Position numbers and translations under genes: made by a program
Notes under the pieces: model-generated
Told to the model about the DNA's origin: nothing
Databases searched by the model: none
What the model saw: the letters and a program-made list of their open reading frames with translations, nothing else
Shown here: positions 7,433 to 16,922 of the stretch, in pieces
Position numbering within the stretch: the first letter of the stretch is position 1
Layout of the letters: each line of letters begins with the position of its first letter
Source: an uncultured Candidatus Saccharibacteria bacterium
Lineage (GTDB): Bacteria; Patescibacteriota; Saccharimonadia; Saccharimonadales; CAIOMD01
Assembly (NCBI GenBank): GCA_964489075.1
Contig: CAZAXJ010000001.1
Coordinates: forward strand, 1-25,582
DNA length: 25,582 nt
Direction of reading: 5' to 3'

Positions 7433-9220
7433 ATGACTGAAACTATGGAAACTATTCGAAATTTTTGCATCATTGCACATATTGATCATGGCAAAAGTAC
7501 ATTAGCTGATAGATTAATGGAGCTTACGAATACGGTTGAAAAGCGCAACATGAAGGCGCAACTTTTAGATCGTATGGATTTAGAGCGCGAAAAGGGAATT
7601 ACAATTAAGCTTGCACCAGTTCGAATGCAGTACAAAGACTTCGAGCTTAATTTAATCGACACACCGGGCCACGTTGATTTTAGTTATGAGGTTTCTCGGA
7701 GCCTTGAAGCTTGCGAAGGTGCAATATTGGTTGTTGATGCGAGTCAAGGCATACAAGCACAAACACTTGCAAATGTTTATCTAGCACTTGCAGCCGATTT
7801 AAAAATTATCCCAGTACTTAATAAAATTGATCTGCCCGCAGCTGATGTTGAACGGGTTAGTGCTGAAGTTATCTCGCTACTTGGTTGTAAAAAAGAAGAC
7901 ATACTACATATATCTGCAAAAACTGGTAAAGGAGTAGAAGCAGTACTAAATGAGGTTATTGAAGTCGTTCCAAGCCCAAAAGGTAAATCCGAAGACCCGA
8001 CAAGAGCACTTATTTTTGACAGTTATTATGATGATTATCGTGGAGTAATTTTATATTTGAGAGTAGTGGACGGAACCATTAGCAAATCTGAAGCTATTAG
8101 AATGCTAGGCACAAAAAGTAGTGGAATTGCTTTAGAAGTAGGCAGCTTAAATCCAGACATGTCTCCTACCAATATCCTAAAAAGTGGTGAGATAGGGTAC
8201 ATAGTCACTAACTTAAAAAGCACAAGAGAGGCACGTGTCGGCGACACGATTACACTTGAAAAAAACCAAGCAACTAATGCATTGCCAGGATATAAAGAAG
8301 TAAAACCGTTTGTTTACGCAGGGTTCTTTCCGGATAGCAACGAAAACTATCAATTATTAAAAGACGCAATAGAAAAACTTAGTTTAAGTGATTCAGCCCT
8401 ACAGTTTGCCCCAGAAAATTCTCCAGTACTTGGTTTTGGAGTCCGAGTAGGATTTTTGGGTTTACTGCATATGGATATCGTAAAAGAACGATTAGAGCGA
8501 GAATATGGGCTTGAACTTGTCGTAACAAATCCAAGCACTGACTATCATGTGATACTGACAACCGGAGAAGAACTTGATATAAAAAGTGCAAGTGATTTGC
8601 CTGATCCTGCAAAAATAACAGAAATAAAAGAACCTTGGATAAAAGGCGAGGTAGTTTGCCCAAAGGATTATGTTGGTGCTGTAATTCAGTTAATAGTTGG
8701 TAAACGAGGTGCACATAAAAATTTGAGCTATGTTGATGCGCAGTTGGCGTTGGTAAGTTTTGATGCACCACTCGCTAATTTATTAACGGATTTCTATGAT
8801 CAGCTTAAAAGTATTACAAGTGGCTATGGATCTTTTAATTACGAACTCTACAAGTATAAAACCGAAGATCTTGTTAGATTAGATTTTTATGTTGCGGGCG
8901 AACGCGTTGATGCTTTAAGTATTATGGTTCATAAATCTGAAGCGGACGGACTAGGCAGAAGTACGGTAAAAAAATTAAAAGACGTTATTCCGAGGCAGAA
9001 CTTTCAAGTTGCACTGCAGGCAGCTGTTGGCGGAAGATTTATTGCCAGAGAAGATTTAAGTGCATACAGAAAAGATGTTACAACAGGATTGTATGGCGGA
9101 GACGTTACTCGTAAAAAGAAAGTACTTGCTAAGCAAGCAAAAGGCAAAAAGCGCATGAAGCGTTTCGGTAAGGTAGATATTCCGGCAGAAGCTTTTACAG
9201 TAATGCTCAAAAGAGATTAG
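7433..9220 (+). CDS. lepA: translation elongation factor 4 (LepA)
   Basis: IRNFCIIAHIDHGKST, DTPGH, NKID, GFLGLLHM, and the C-terminal LYGGDVTRKKK. The start could alternatively be Met5 at 7445. Confidence 0.98.
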   Translation: MTETMETIRNFCIIAHIDHGKSTLADRLMELTNTVEKRNMKAQLLDRMDLEREKGITIKLAPVRMQYKDFELNLIDTPGHVDFSYEVSRSLEACEGAILVVDASQGIQAQTLANVYLALAADLKIIPVLNKIDLPAADVERVSAEVISLLGCKKEDILHISAKTGKGVEAVLNEVIEVVPSPKGKSEDPTRALIFDSYYDDYRGVILYLRVVDGTISKSEAIRMLGTKSSGIALEVGSLNPDMSPTNILKSGEIGYIVTNLKSTREARVGDTITLEKNQATNALPGYKEVKPFVYAGFFPDSNENYQLLKDAIEKLSLSDSALQFAPENSPVLGFGVRVGFLGLLHMDIVKERLEREYGLELVVTNPSTDYHVILTTGEELDIKSASDLPDPAKITEIKEPWIKGEVVCPKDYVGAVIQLIVGKRGAHKNLSYVDAQLALVSFDAPLANLLTDFYDQLKSITSGYGSFNYELYKYKTEDLVRLDFYVAGERVDALSIMVHKSEADGLGRSTVKKLKDVIPRQNFQVALQAAVGGRFIAREDLSAYRKDVTTGLYGGDVTRKKKVLAKQAKGKKRMKRFGKVDIPAEAFTVMLKRD

Positions 9221-9221
9221 C

Positions 9222-9893
9222 ATGGAAGATTTAGAAGCTTTGATAAAAAACTATACGCCTTCAGAAGAAGTTGTAGATCAACTTGGTAAGTTGACTTTGA
9301 TTATGACCGTAGGCCCTAGTGGCGCCGGAAAAACAACATTGATGAGGCAAAGCTCAATTCCACTGGTGCTTGGCGACACTACTCGAAATAAACGAGCAGA
9401 AGAAATTAGCGGTATTGACTACAATTTTATTAAAAAAGATAATCAGCTTTTAAACGACATAAAAAATGGTAGATTTGCTCAAATAGCTATGTCGCCAACA
9501 GGCGATATTTACGCAACACGAGCAAGCAGTTACCCAAAAGAGGGGTTGGCTACATTTGCAGTACTCGCAAGCGTAATAGATATTTTTAGAAACTTAGGTT
9601 TTAAAGATACAAAAAGTATATTTGTTGTCCCTCCAAATTTTGATGTATGGCAAAAAAGAGTTAGTTCTCATAACTTGAGCTCTGATCAAAAAAAGAAACG
9701 TTCTAAAGAAGCTTGTTATTCGCTTGAAACATCACTTAACGATGAAGAAATGGTTTTTTTACTGAATGATGATTTATCGGTAGCCGAGGAAGAATTTAAT
9801 AGATTTTCTTATGAAGATGAAGTTCCAGCATCAGACAAAAAGGCACGAAAAATTGCATATCGTCTGCTCGAAATTCTCAGTAATCCGGTATAG
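9222..9893 (+). CDS. guanylate-kinase-like P-loop protein (paralog 1)
   Basis: GPSGAGKT, DTTRNKRAEEISGIDYNF, IFVVPPNF. Confidence 0.75.
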   Translation: MEDLEALIKNYTPSEEVVDQLGKLTLIMTVGPSGAGKTTLMRQSSIPLVLGDTTRNKRAEEISGIDYNFIKKDNQLLNDIKNGRFAQIAMSPTGDIYATRASSYPKEGLATFAVLASVIDIFRNLGFKDTKSIFVVPPNFDVWQKRVSSHNLSSDQKKKRSKEACYSLETSLNDEEMVFLLNDDLSVAEEEFNRFSYEDEVPASDKKARKIAYRLLEILSNPV

Positions 9894-9901
9894 TATATCT
9901 T

Positions 9902-10642
9902 ATGTTTGATCCTGAAGCACCCTTAAAACATCTCAGCGAATTCCAAAGAATTTTGAAAAATTATCGTCCCAGTTTAGAAATTTTAGATCTACTACAAACT
10001 ACACGTTTTATACTTTTGGCTGCACCGACTGCCGCTGGTCGAAACACGATAATTAAAAATCTTATTATGACCGGAAAATACTTTTATGTAGTTTCTGACA
10101 CTACTAGACATCCACGAATAAATAATGGAGTACCAGAAAGAAGTGGGGAAGAGTATTGGTTTAAAAGCGAAGATGAATTTTTACAAGGTTTAAAAAATGG
10201 TGCTTACATCGAAGCTGCCGTAATACATAATCAGCAAGTCTCGGGGATAAGTCTTACCGAAATGCGCCGAGCGGCTAATTCGAGCAAAATTGCAATTACT
10301 GATATTGATATCCATGGTTGCGATACGGTAATGAGCTACAGTGATACTAGTACCCCAGTATTTGTACTTCCGCCAAAATTTGATGAGTGGATGAGACGTT
10401 TGGATGGCCGTGGTGCAATGGATCCGGCAGAAAAAAGGCGGAGACTTATAAGTGCGGCAGAAGAAATCCAGCTTGCACTCGACAGGTCTTACTTTAAATT
10501 TATTATCAACTGGGATTTACGATTAACGGTAGAAGAACTCCACCAGCACATTACGAGTGGGAGTTTTGGTGCAGCTGAACAACAAGCAGCTCACAACCAT
10601 GCTCAGCAGCTTCTTTCCGATCTTGATAATTTTGTTAATTAG
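9902..10642 (+). CDS. guanylate-kinase-like protein (paralog 2, variant Walker A)
   Basis: APTAAGRNT, VSDTTRHPR..ERSGEEYWF, YIEAA, VFVLPPKF. Confidence 0.75.
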   Translation: MFDPEAPLKHLSEFQRILKNYRPSLEILDLLQTTRFILLAAPTAAGRNTIIKNLIMTGKYFYVVSDTTRHPRINNGVPERSGEEYWFKSEDEFLQGLKNGAYIEAAVIHNQQVSGISLTEMRRAANSSKIAITDIDIHGCDTVMSYSDTSTPVFVLPPKFDEWMRRLDGRGAMDPAEKRRRLISAAEEIQLALDRSYFKFIINWDLRLTVEELHQHITSGSFGAAEQQAAHNHAQQLLSDLDNFVN

Positions 10643-10665
10643 CACTCTTGACAGGAGACTGCTAA
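10639..10665. promoter_or_regulatory. CIRCE element 1 (HrcA operator)
   Basis: TTAGCACTC-TTGACAGGA-GACTGCTAA; 1 mismatch to the consensus TTAGCACTC-N9-GAGTGCTAA. Confidence 0.92.
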
Positions 10666-10677
10666 TTTAATTAAAAT
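10648..10677 (+). promoter_or_regulatory. sigma70 promoter of the hrcA-grpE-dnaK-dnaJ operon
   Basis: TTGACA (10648-53) inside the CIRCE spacer, 18 nt spacer, TAAAAT (10672-77). Confidence 0.7.
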
Positions 10678-10685
10678 GGTTGTAG

Positions 10686-10712
10686 TTGGCACTTTGCCAA
10701 TACGAGTGACAA
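10686..10712. promoter_or_regulatory. CIRCE element 2 (degenerate)
   Basis: TTGGCACTT-TGCCAATAC-GAGTGACAA; exact 9 nt spacer, 4 mismatches, ending 2 nt before the hrcA ATG. Confidence 0.7.
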
Positions 10713-10714
10713 TT

Positions 10715-11428
10715 ATGACACCACGACAAGCGCAAATTTTGAACGCCATTGTAGAGCAATATGCCGAAGTTGCAGCACCTGTAGGTTCTGTGTTACTAGG
10801 GCAAATGCTTGGTGTATCTTCCGCAACAATTCGCGCCGAAATGGCTCGGCTAGAAGAAATGGGTTATATCGAACAGCCGCATACTTCTGCTGGGCGTGTC
10901 CCCACTGATAAGGGTTACAGAACATATGTCAATCATGTCACGGAATCAGCTGAAAGCTTACCGGCACTACCTATCGATCGCAGTGCGAGAGCGATTGATG
11001 TACGCGTAAGGGGTGCAGGTGAATCAGCGCAGGCAATAAAATCAGCAGTAGATAGCTTAGTAGAGATTACTCATAACTTAGGTATAGCAACAATTGGCAA
11101 CCAACTGTATATGAGTGGTTTATCAAACTTGTTTGGCCAGCCAGAATTTGTTAGCGGTAATACCGTGCAAGAAGTAGCACAGTTATTAGATAACCTTGAA
11201 CCTTGGTTACGAGAAGCATCGCCAAACGAGGCACTTAGTGTTTATATCGGAGCTGAAAATCCAGTAGGCAAAACAAGCGGATGCACATTAATCGTTAGTA
11301 AATTTAGAAGCCCATACAGCGATCGAAGCTATATTGGTGTAGTTGGCCCACGCAGGCAAAGCTACCGAGAAGTTATGGCACTTGTGCAGTATGCGGGTAA
11401 AAGTTTAGAACAAACCCTACAGATTTAA
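10715..11428 (+). CDS. hrcA: heat-inducible transcription repressor HrcA (short, 237 aa)
   Basis: MTPRQAQILNAIVEQY, PVGS, SSATIRAEMARLEEMGYIEQPHTSAGRVPTDKGYR, IGVVGPRRQSY. Start re-assigned to ATG 10715 because the longer start at 10676 would run through the promoter and CIRCE 2. Confidence 0.95.
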   Translation: MTPRQAQILNAIVEQYAEVAAPVGSVLLGQMLGVSSATIRAEMARLEEMGYIEQPHTSAGRVPTDKGYRTYVNHVTESAESLPALPIDRSARAIDVRVRGAGESAQAIKSAVDSLVEITHNLGIATIGNQLYMSGLSNLFGQPEFVSGNTVQEVAQLLDNLEPWLREASPNEALSVYIGAENPVGKTSGCTLIVSKFRSPYSDRSYIGVVGPRRQSYREVMALVQYAGKSLEQTLQI

Positions 11429-11438
11429 AGGATAGGTA

Positions 11439-11894
11439 ATGACAAAAGCGAAGAAACCAACTAAAGACGCCCAAATTGCAGAACTTACTGTAGATTTACA
11501 GCGCTTACAAGCCGAATTTATCAATTTTAAAAGGCGTAGCGAAGAAGACAGAATCCGTGCAATTAACACTGGTAAAGAACAAGCCGTTAGCGCACTACTG
11601 CCAGTTTTAGACAATATTGATAGAGCAATAAGCCATGAACCGACAGACATTAAAGACCATACTTGGGTTAAAGGTATAAATTCGGTAGCAAGTCAACTTG
11701 AATCACAACTAAAAGCAATTGGTCTTTTAAAAATAGGCAAGCAAGGTGAGTTATTTGACCCGCAAAAACACGATGCGGTTGCAGTAGATGAAACTGACGG
11801 CAAGCAAGAGGTTATCGGAGAAGTTTTGCAGCAAGGATATCAACTTGGGGATCAGATAATTCGCCATGCAATGGTAAAAGTTACAAAGAAGTAG
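11439..11894 (+). CDS. grpE: nucleotide exchange factor GrpE
   Basis: [52 protein letters not shown]; AAGGA SD. Confidence 0.95.
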   Translation: MTKAKKPTKDAQIAELTVDLQRLQAEFINFKRRSEEDRIRAINTGKEQAVSALLPVLDNIDRAISHEPTDIKDHTWVKGINSVASQLESQLKAIGLLKIGKQGELFDPQKHDAVAVDETDGKQEVIGEVLQQGYQLGDQIIRHAMVKVTKK

Positions 11895-11907
11895 AGGAGT
11901 AATATTT

Positions 11908-13803
11908 ATGGGAAAAATTATTGGAATAGATTTAGGAACAACGAATAGTGCAATGGCTGTAATGGAAGGCGGTAAGCCAGAAATTATTGCTAATGCTGAG
12001 GGCGCGAGAACAACACCAAGCGTTGTTGCGGTTAATAAAACAGGCGAACGATTAGTTGGCCAAGTGGCAAGGCGTCAAGCAGTTACAAATCCTAGCAATA
12101 CTGTTTATGAAATGAAGCGGCTTATTGGTCGTCGCTGGGAAGATAAAGAAGTTCAGCGCGACATTAAGCTAATGGGCTACGAAATTGTTAAAAGTGGTAC
12201 TAGCGTTAAGGTAAAAATGGGCGATAAAAGTTACAGTCCAGAAGAATTAAGTGCAATGGTACTTAGTAAATTAAAAGCAGATGCCGAAGCATTTTTGGGC
12301 CAACCGGTTACAGAGGCAGTTATTACAGTTCCAGCTTACTTTGATGATGCACAGCGTCATGCAACGAAAGATGCTGGTAAAATTGCTGGCTTAGAAGTTA
12401 AGCGAATTATTAATGAACCAACTGCAGCCGCCCTTGCCTACGGTTTAGATAAAGATGGTAAAGACGAAAAAATTGCCGTCTATGACCTAGGTGGTGGCAC
12501 ATTTGATATTTCAATTTTAGAACTTGGCGATGGTGTATTTGAGGTTAAGAGTACAAATGGAGACACTCATTTAGGTGGTGCAGATTTTGACCGTGCAATT
12601 GTTAATCATTTGCTTGAAGAATTTAAAAAAGAACATGGCCAAGACTTAACTGATGATAAAGCTGCTATGCAGCGCTTACGTGATGAAGCTGAGAAAGCTA
12701 AAATCGAATTAAGCACAACTAACGAGGTTGTAATTAACCTACCTTTCTTAACAGCAACAGCAGATGGCCCCGTTCACTTCGAATATAAACTTACTCGTGC
12801 AAAATTAGAAAGTTTGGTTGGTAAGCTTGTCGATCGAACAATTGCTCCTGTCGAAAAAGCTTTAAAAGACGCTGGCTTAAAAAAGACTGATATTAACGCC
12901 GTGGTTCTTGTTGGCGGTATGACACGCATGCCAGCAGTACAAGAAAAGGTAAAGGCCTTTTTTGGTAAAGATCCAATGAAGGGTGTCAATCCGGACGAGG
13001 TTGTGGCAGTCGGTGCAGCGATTCAAGGCGGTGTGCTTGCCGGCGATGTGAAGGACGTACTTTTGCTTGACGTTACTCCATTAAGCCTAGGTATTGAAAC
13101 TATGGGTGGTGTAAGTACAAAGCTTATTGAACGAAACACAACCATCCCAAGCAGTAAAAGCGAAACGTTTAGTACAGCTGCAGATAATCAACCACAAGTT
13201 GAAGTTCATGTATTACAAGGTGAGCGCGAAATGGCTGCTGATAACAAAAGCTTAGGTCGTTTTATCTTAGACGGAATCGCACCAGCGCCGCGTGGAATCC
13301 CCCAAATCGAAGTTACATTTAATATCGATGCAAACGGCATTTTGAATGTAACAGCCAAAGATAAGGGAACAGGTAAAGAACAAAGTATTACCATTCAAAA
13401 CAGCGGCAATTTAAGCAAAGAAGATGTAGAAAAAGCTCAAAAAGAGGCCGAGGCGAATGCCGAAGCAGATAAGAAAAAGCGCGAAGCTATCGATGCGAAA
13501 AATGCATTAGAAAACGCAATTTATCAGGCTGAAAAACTCAAAAGTGATAACGCAGATAAACTAAGCGATGATGATAAAAAAGCTCTAGACGAAGCGATTA
13601 AAGAAGCCCAAGGCAAGGCAGAGACCGACGATAAAGACGAGTTAGAGAAGACGGCGAAAGATTTGACTGATAAAATAATGCCAATCGGCGCCAAGCTTTA
13701 TGAATCTGCTGAAAAGCCAGAAGATGCTAAGAAGGAAGATGGCCCTGTAGAAGGCGAAGTCGTAGACGAAGAAAAAGACTCAGACGATAAAAAAGAAAAA
13801 TAA
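11908..13803 (+). CDS. dnaK: chaperone DnaK (Hsp70)
   Basis: [32 protein letters not shown]; GAGGAG SD. Confidence 0.99.
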   Translation: MGKIIGIDLGTTNSAMAVMEGGKPEIIANAEGARTTPSVVAVNKTGERLVGQVARRQAVTNPSNTVYEMKRLIGRRWEDKEVQRDIKLMGYEIVKSGTSVKVKMGDKSYSPEELSAMVLSKLKADAEAFLGQPVTEAVITVPAYFDDAQRHATKDAGKIAGLEVKRIINEPTAAALAYGLDKDGKDEKIAVYDLGGGTFDISILELGDGVFEVKSTNGDTHLGGADFDRAIVNHLLEEFKKEHGQDLTDDKAAMQRLRDEAEKAKIELSTTNEVVINLPFLTATADGPVHFEYKLTRAKLESLVGKLVDRTIAPVEKALKDAGLKKTDINAVVLVGGMTRMPAVQEKVKAFFGKDPMKGVNPDEVVAVGAAIQGGVLAGDVKDVLLLDVTPLSLGIETMGGVSTKLIERNTTIPSSKSETFSTAADNQPQVEVHVLQGEREMAADNKSLGRFILDGIAPAPRGIPQIEVTFNIDANGILNVTAKDKGTGKEQSITIQNSGNLSKEDVEKAQKEAEANAEADKKKREAIDAKNALENAIYQAEKLKSDNADKLSDDDKKALDEAIKEAQGKAETDDKDELEKTAKDLTDKIMPIGAKLYESAEKPEDAKKEDGPVEGEVVDEEKDSDDKKEK

Positions 13804-13820
13804 TTTAAGGAGACGCCTAA

Positions 13821-14918
13821 GTGGCTAAACGGGATTATTACGAAGTATTAGGCGTTGGTAAAAACGCATCGGCGGATGAAATTAAAAAAGCGTTCCGCCG
13901 CTTAGCCGTACAACATCACCCAGATAAAGAAGGTGGCGACGAAGCCAAATTTAAAGAAGTTAATGAAGCTTACGAAGTTTTAAAAGATAGCGAAAAACGT
14001 CAGCGTTATGATCAGTTTGGTCACGCCGGTGTTGGTGGTGCATCGGGTGGAGGAACCGGCGGTAGCCCATTTGAAGGATTTAATTTTAACAGCCAAAATA
14101 TCAACTTTGATTTTGGCGACATGGGCGACATTTTTGGATCATTTTTTGGTGGCGGGGGTAGTCGACAGCAAGCAAGGCGCGGCCGTGATATCGAAACCGT
14201 AATTGATCTAAACTTTGAAGAAGCAGTTTTTGGTGTAGAAAAATCACTGAAGCTTAATCTAGAAGCCGAATGTGAACATTGCAAGGGCAATGGTGCAGAA
14301 CCGGGTTATGAACTTAAAACTTGCTCAACCTGTAAAGGTAGCGGCCAAGTTGTTAAAGTTATGCGAACCATTTTAGGCAACATTCAACAAGCTGCCACCT
14401 GTCACGACTGTAACGGAACAGGTAAAAAGCCAGAAAAGGCTTGCAGTGTTTGTGGTGGCAAAGGTGTTAAAAAGAAAGAACAAACAATTGATTTAAAAAT
14501 CCCCGCCGGTATTGATGATGGCGCAACTATAAGATTGCGCGAATACGGCGAAGCAGTTCAAGGTGGCAGTAAGGGCGATTTGTATGTTCACATTCGTGTT
14601 AAAGCTCATAAAAAATTCACGCGTGAAGGCGACTTAATTTTAAGCCACGAACAGGTTGATATGGTAACCGCAACACTTGGTGGCGAAATAGAAGTTGAAA
14701 CCGTAGACGGTAAAATAACAATGAAGGTACCAGCAGGTACCCAAAGTGGCAGCGACTTTAAGCTGTCAAATCACGGCGTAAAACACCCCAAAGGCGATAG
14801 CCGAGGGGCACACATTGTAACAATCGATGTACAAACTCCAACAAAGTTAAGTAAAAAGCAAAAAGAACTGTTAGAAGAATTTCAAAAACAATCAGGTAAA
14901 AAATCCTTCTTTAACTAA
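13821..14918 (+). CDS. dnaJ: chaperone DnaJ
   Basis: J-domain with HPD, G/F region, four CxxCxGxG repeats; GTG start after AAGGAG. Confidence 0.98.
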   Translation: MAKRDYYEVLGVGKNASADEIKKAFRRLAVQHHPDKEGGDEAKFKEVNEAYEVLKDSEKRQRYDQFGHAGVGGASGGGTGGSPFEGFNFNSQNINFDFGDMGDIFGSFFGGGGSRQQARRGRDIETVIDLNFEEAVFGVEKSLKLNLEAECEHCKGNGAEPGYELKTCSTCKGSGQVVKVMRTILGNIQQAATCHDCNGTGKKPEKACSVCGGKGVKKKEQTIDLKIPAGIDDGATIRLREYGEAVQGGSKGDLYVHIRVKAHKKFTREGDLILSHEQVDMVTATLGGEIEVETVDGKITMKVPAGTQSGSDFKLSNHGVKHPKGDSRGAHIVTIDVQTPTKLSKKQKELLEEFQKQSGKKSFFN

Positions 14919-14936
14919 AGTGTTACAATAGTTGCA

Positions 14937-16337
14937 GTGGGAACTGTTTTAGAAAAAGCAAATAATAAGCAAATAAATTCTATAGACGAGGCGCTGCGTA
15001 TTGCAGCGCTTTGTAATGTATCTGACTATACTTTTTTCGAAGGGAGCCACCAAAAACGTGCCCAAGAACGTGACCATTTTTTATCCGGAAAGAAGTATGT
15101 TCCTGAATATGATTATCCACGATTGTTCGAACTAGATAAGTTGATAAATAATGAAAAACAACTCATAAAATCGTTAGAAATCATTAGCGATAATATTGAA
15201 CTTATTGGTTGGGATAAAGCTGAACTTTATCTTGCGTCAATAATTATGAATTTAAAAAGATCACAGCTTGTTATGGCCGCAGCCGAAATGAATGCAGCCG
15301 AGGTAGGGAGTCCTTGGAGGGATAGTGCACTTAAAAAATTCAAAGAACTTAATAGTGAATTATACGGCGATATTAATAAAAGCTATTTTTTCGGAATTTT
15401 AAATACAGAGTTGGAAATCGTAAAGAATTACAGACCAAAAAATCACAGAGAAACAGAAATCGTTGAATTTTTAAAACACGAACTAAGATTTATAAAAAAG
15501 GGTTACAAAGAGCACGCGATAATTACTGAAAGTGACAAAGACAAGTATTTAAAAAATATTAATGAACTTTATGGATCAATTTTAAATGTTGTTCCTGAAG
15601 GCAAAAAATTTAATGCAATTCAATGCGCAGAGATTATGAACAAAACTTTGGTTTTTGCGGGATTTTCTGAAGATTGGAAGGTGGTAATTGATTCCAAAAA
15701 GTCGTCACCATCAACGCTTGGTTCAAAAAAAAGAATCTATTTACCAAAAGATACACAGCGCACAAGTGACCAAATTAAAGGCCTAATATTGCATGAACAA
15801 GAAGTACACGCCAGAAGATATTTCAATGGGGTTCAGTTTCCAGAACTGTCGCTACTTGCAACAGGTACGGCTGAGTATCTACCAGTAGAAGAAGGCTTGG
15901 GAACCATAATGGCGCTTTTGGCAGCCCCAAACGAAACAAGCCCTTTAGAACGTGCAAGACAACGCTATATACACATCGGTTTAGCATTGGGAGTTGATGG
16001 CTACAAGAGGGACGCTCGTCAAGTATTCGAGATTACATGGAGACTGCACGTGCTCAATACTTGCCATCATAAAGAGATAACTAAAAACGATGAAAGCCAA
16101 TCAAAAAAGGATGTTTATTCGCATATCGAAAATATTTTTAGAGGCACAGATTGCTTTACTCCAGGTATCGTATACACCAAAGCAAAAGTTTATTACGAAG
16201 GTCTTGTAAAAAATTCTAAATATCTAGCGCAAATAAAAGATGACAAGGCTGCGTTTATAAGAATGTTTCTTGGCAAATATAACCATACTGATACTACCGA
16301 AACAAAGAGAATTATGCGTATAATTGGAGCAAGATGA
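14937..16337 (+). CDS. DUF1704 / MATCAP-like (QEGLA-type) zinc metallo-carboxypeptidase
   Basis: HEQEVH (HExxxH) followed by RYFNG, then EEGLG, IFRGT..PG.VYTKAKVYYEG and FLGKY. Confidence 0.8.
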   Translation: MGTVLEKANNKQINSIDEALRIAALCNVSDYTFFEGSHQKRAQERDHFLSGKKYVPEYDYPRLFELDKLINNEKQLIKSLEIISDNIELIGWDKAELYLASIIMNLKRSQLVMAAAEMNAAEVGSPWRDSALKKFKELNSELYGDINKSYFFGILNTELEIVKNYRPKNHRETEIVEFLKHELRFIKKGYKEHAIITESDKDKYLKNINELYGSILNVVPEGKKFNAIQCAEIMNKTLVFAGFSEDWKVVIDSKKSSPSTLGSKKRIYLPKDTQRTSDQIKGLILHEQEVHARRYFNGVQFPELSLLATGTAEYLPVEEGLGTIMALLAAPNETSPLERARQRYIHIGLALGVDGYKRDARQVFEITWRLHVLNTCHHKEITKNDESQSKKDVYSHIENIFRGTDCFTPGIVYTKAKVYYEGLVKNSKYLAQIKDDKAAFIRMFLGKYNHTDTTETKRIMRIIGAR

Positions 16338-16444
16338 AAAATACAAATCAAAATGGTTTTATTACGATGATAGTTATGATTCTGGCGATACTTGTTGTTA
16401 CGATAGTTTTTGTTTTTATGAGGGTTGTTAAGGCGAACCAGTAA
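16334..16444 (+). CDS. 36 aa prepilin-like small membrane peptide MKNTNQNG-FITMIVMILAILVVTIVFVFMRVVKANQ
   Basis: ATGA overlap with the DUF1704 stop, GGAG at 16326-29, TAA at 16442-44. Class III signal-like QNG|F followed by a 21-residue hydrophobic helix. Below the ORF-track length cutoff. Confidence 0.7.
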   Translation: MKNTNQNGFITMIVMILAILVVTIVFVFMRVVKANQ

Positions 16445-16500
16445 TATTGTAAAATAATAATATTTATGTTATAATAATTTGATTTGTTAATAATTTTAAA

Positions 16501-16902
16501 ATGAAGCATATTATTGGTAAGTTTGAAAAAGTAAGTTTCCCTGAATTTGGGATTAATAACGTGGTGGCAAAAATTGATACGGGTGCTTACAGTGGAGCGC
16601 TCCATTGTACAAAAATTAAAGAACTCAAAACGAACAAAGGCATGGTGCTTCAATTTTCGCCGTTCGATCATCCAGAGGTAGAAATTAAAACTAGCCAATA
16701 TGAGGTTGGTGGAGTGCGAAGCTCAAACGGAATTTCTGAACATCGATATTATATAAAAACTACAATCAGAATTGGAACACATCAGTATCCAATCACAATT
16801 ACACTGTCAAACAGAAGTAGTATGCGATACCCCGTGCTTCTAGGTAGAAAGTTTTTAATGCAAAGTAATTTTTTGGTTGACGTGGGTCAGGATAATCGAT
16901 AA
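16501..16902 (+). CDS. RimK-associated retropepsin-like aspartic protease (RimB-like; often labelled ATP-dependent zinc protease)
   Basis: AKIDTGAYSGALH, VRSSNG.SEHRYYI, LSNRSSMRYPVLLGRKFL; lies directly upstream of rimK. Confidence 0.88.
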   Translation: MKHIIGKFEKVSFPEFGINNVVAKIDTGAYSGALHCTKIKELKTNKGMVLQFSPFDHPEVEIKTSQYEVGGVRSSNGISEHRYYIKTTIRIGTHQYPITITLSNRSSMRYPVLLGRKFLMQSNFLVDVGQDNR

Positions 16903-16922
16903 GGTTCGAACAAGGAATACTC

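Noticed and set aside
10676-10714. 13 aa N-terminal extension of HrcA from the ORF track
   Set aside because: It overlaps the -10 box and CIRCE 2; homology starts at MTPRQ (10715).
3281-14290. Numerous 60-130 aa ORFs nested in tilS, ftsH, murJ, lepA, hrcA/grpE, dnaK and dnaJ
   Set aside because: They are antisense or off-frame shadows of strongly conserved genes, with no motifs or initiation signals.
16348-16698. 116 aa minus-strand ORF
   Set aside because: It overlaps the RimB-like gene and the SD-led prepilin-like sORF on the opposite strand.
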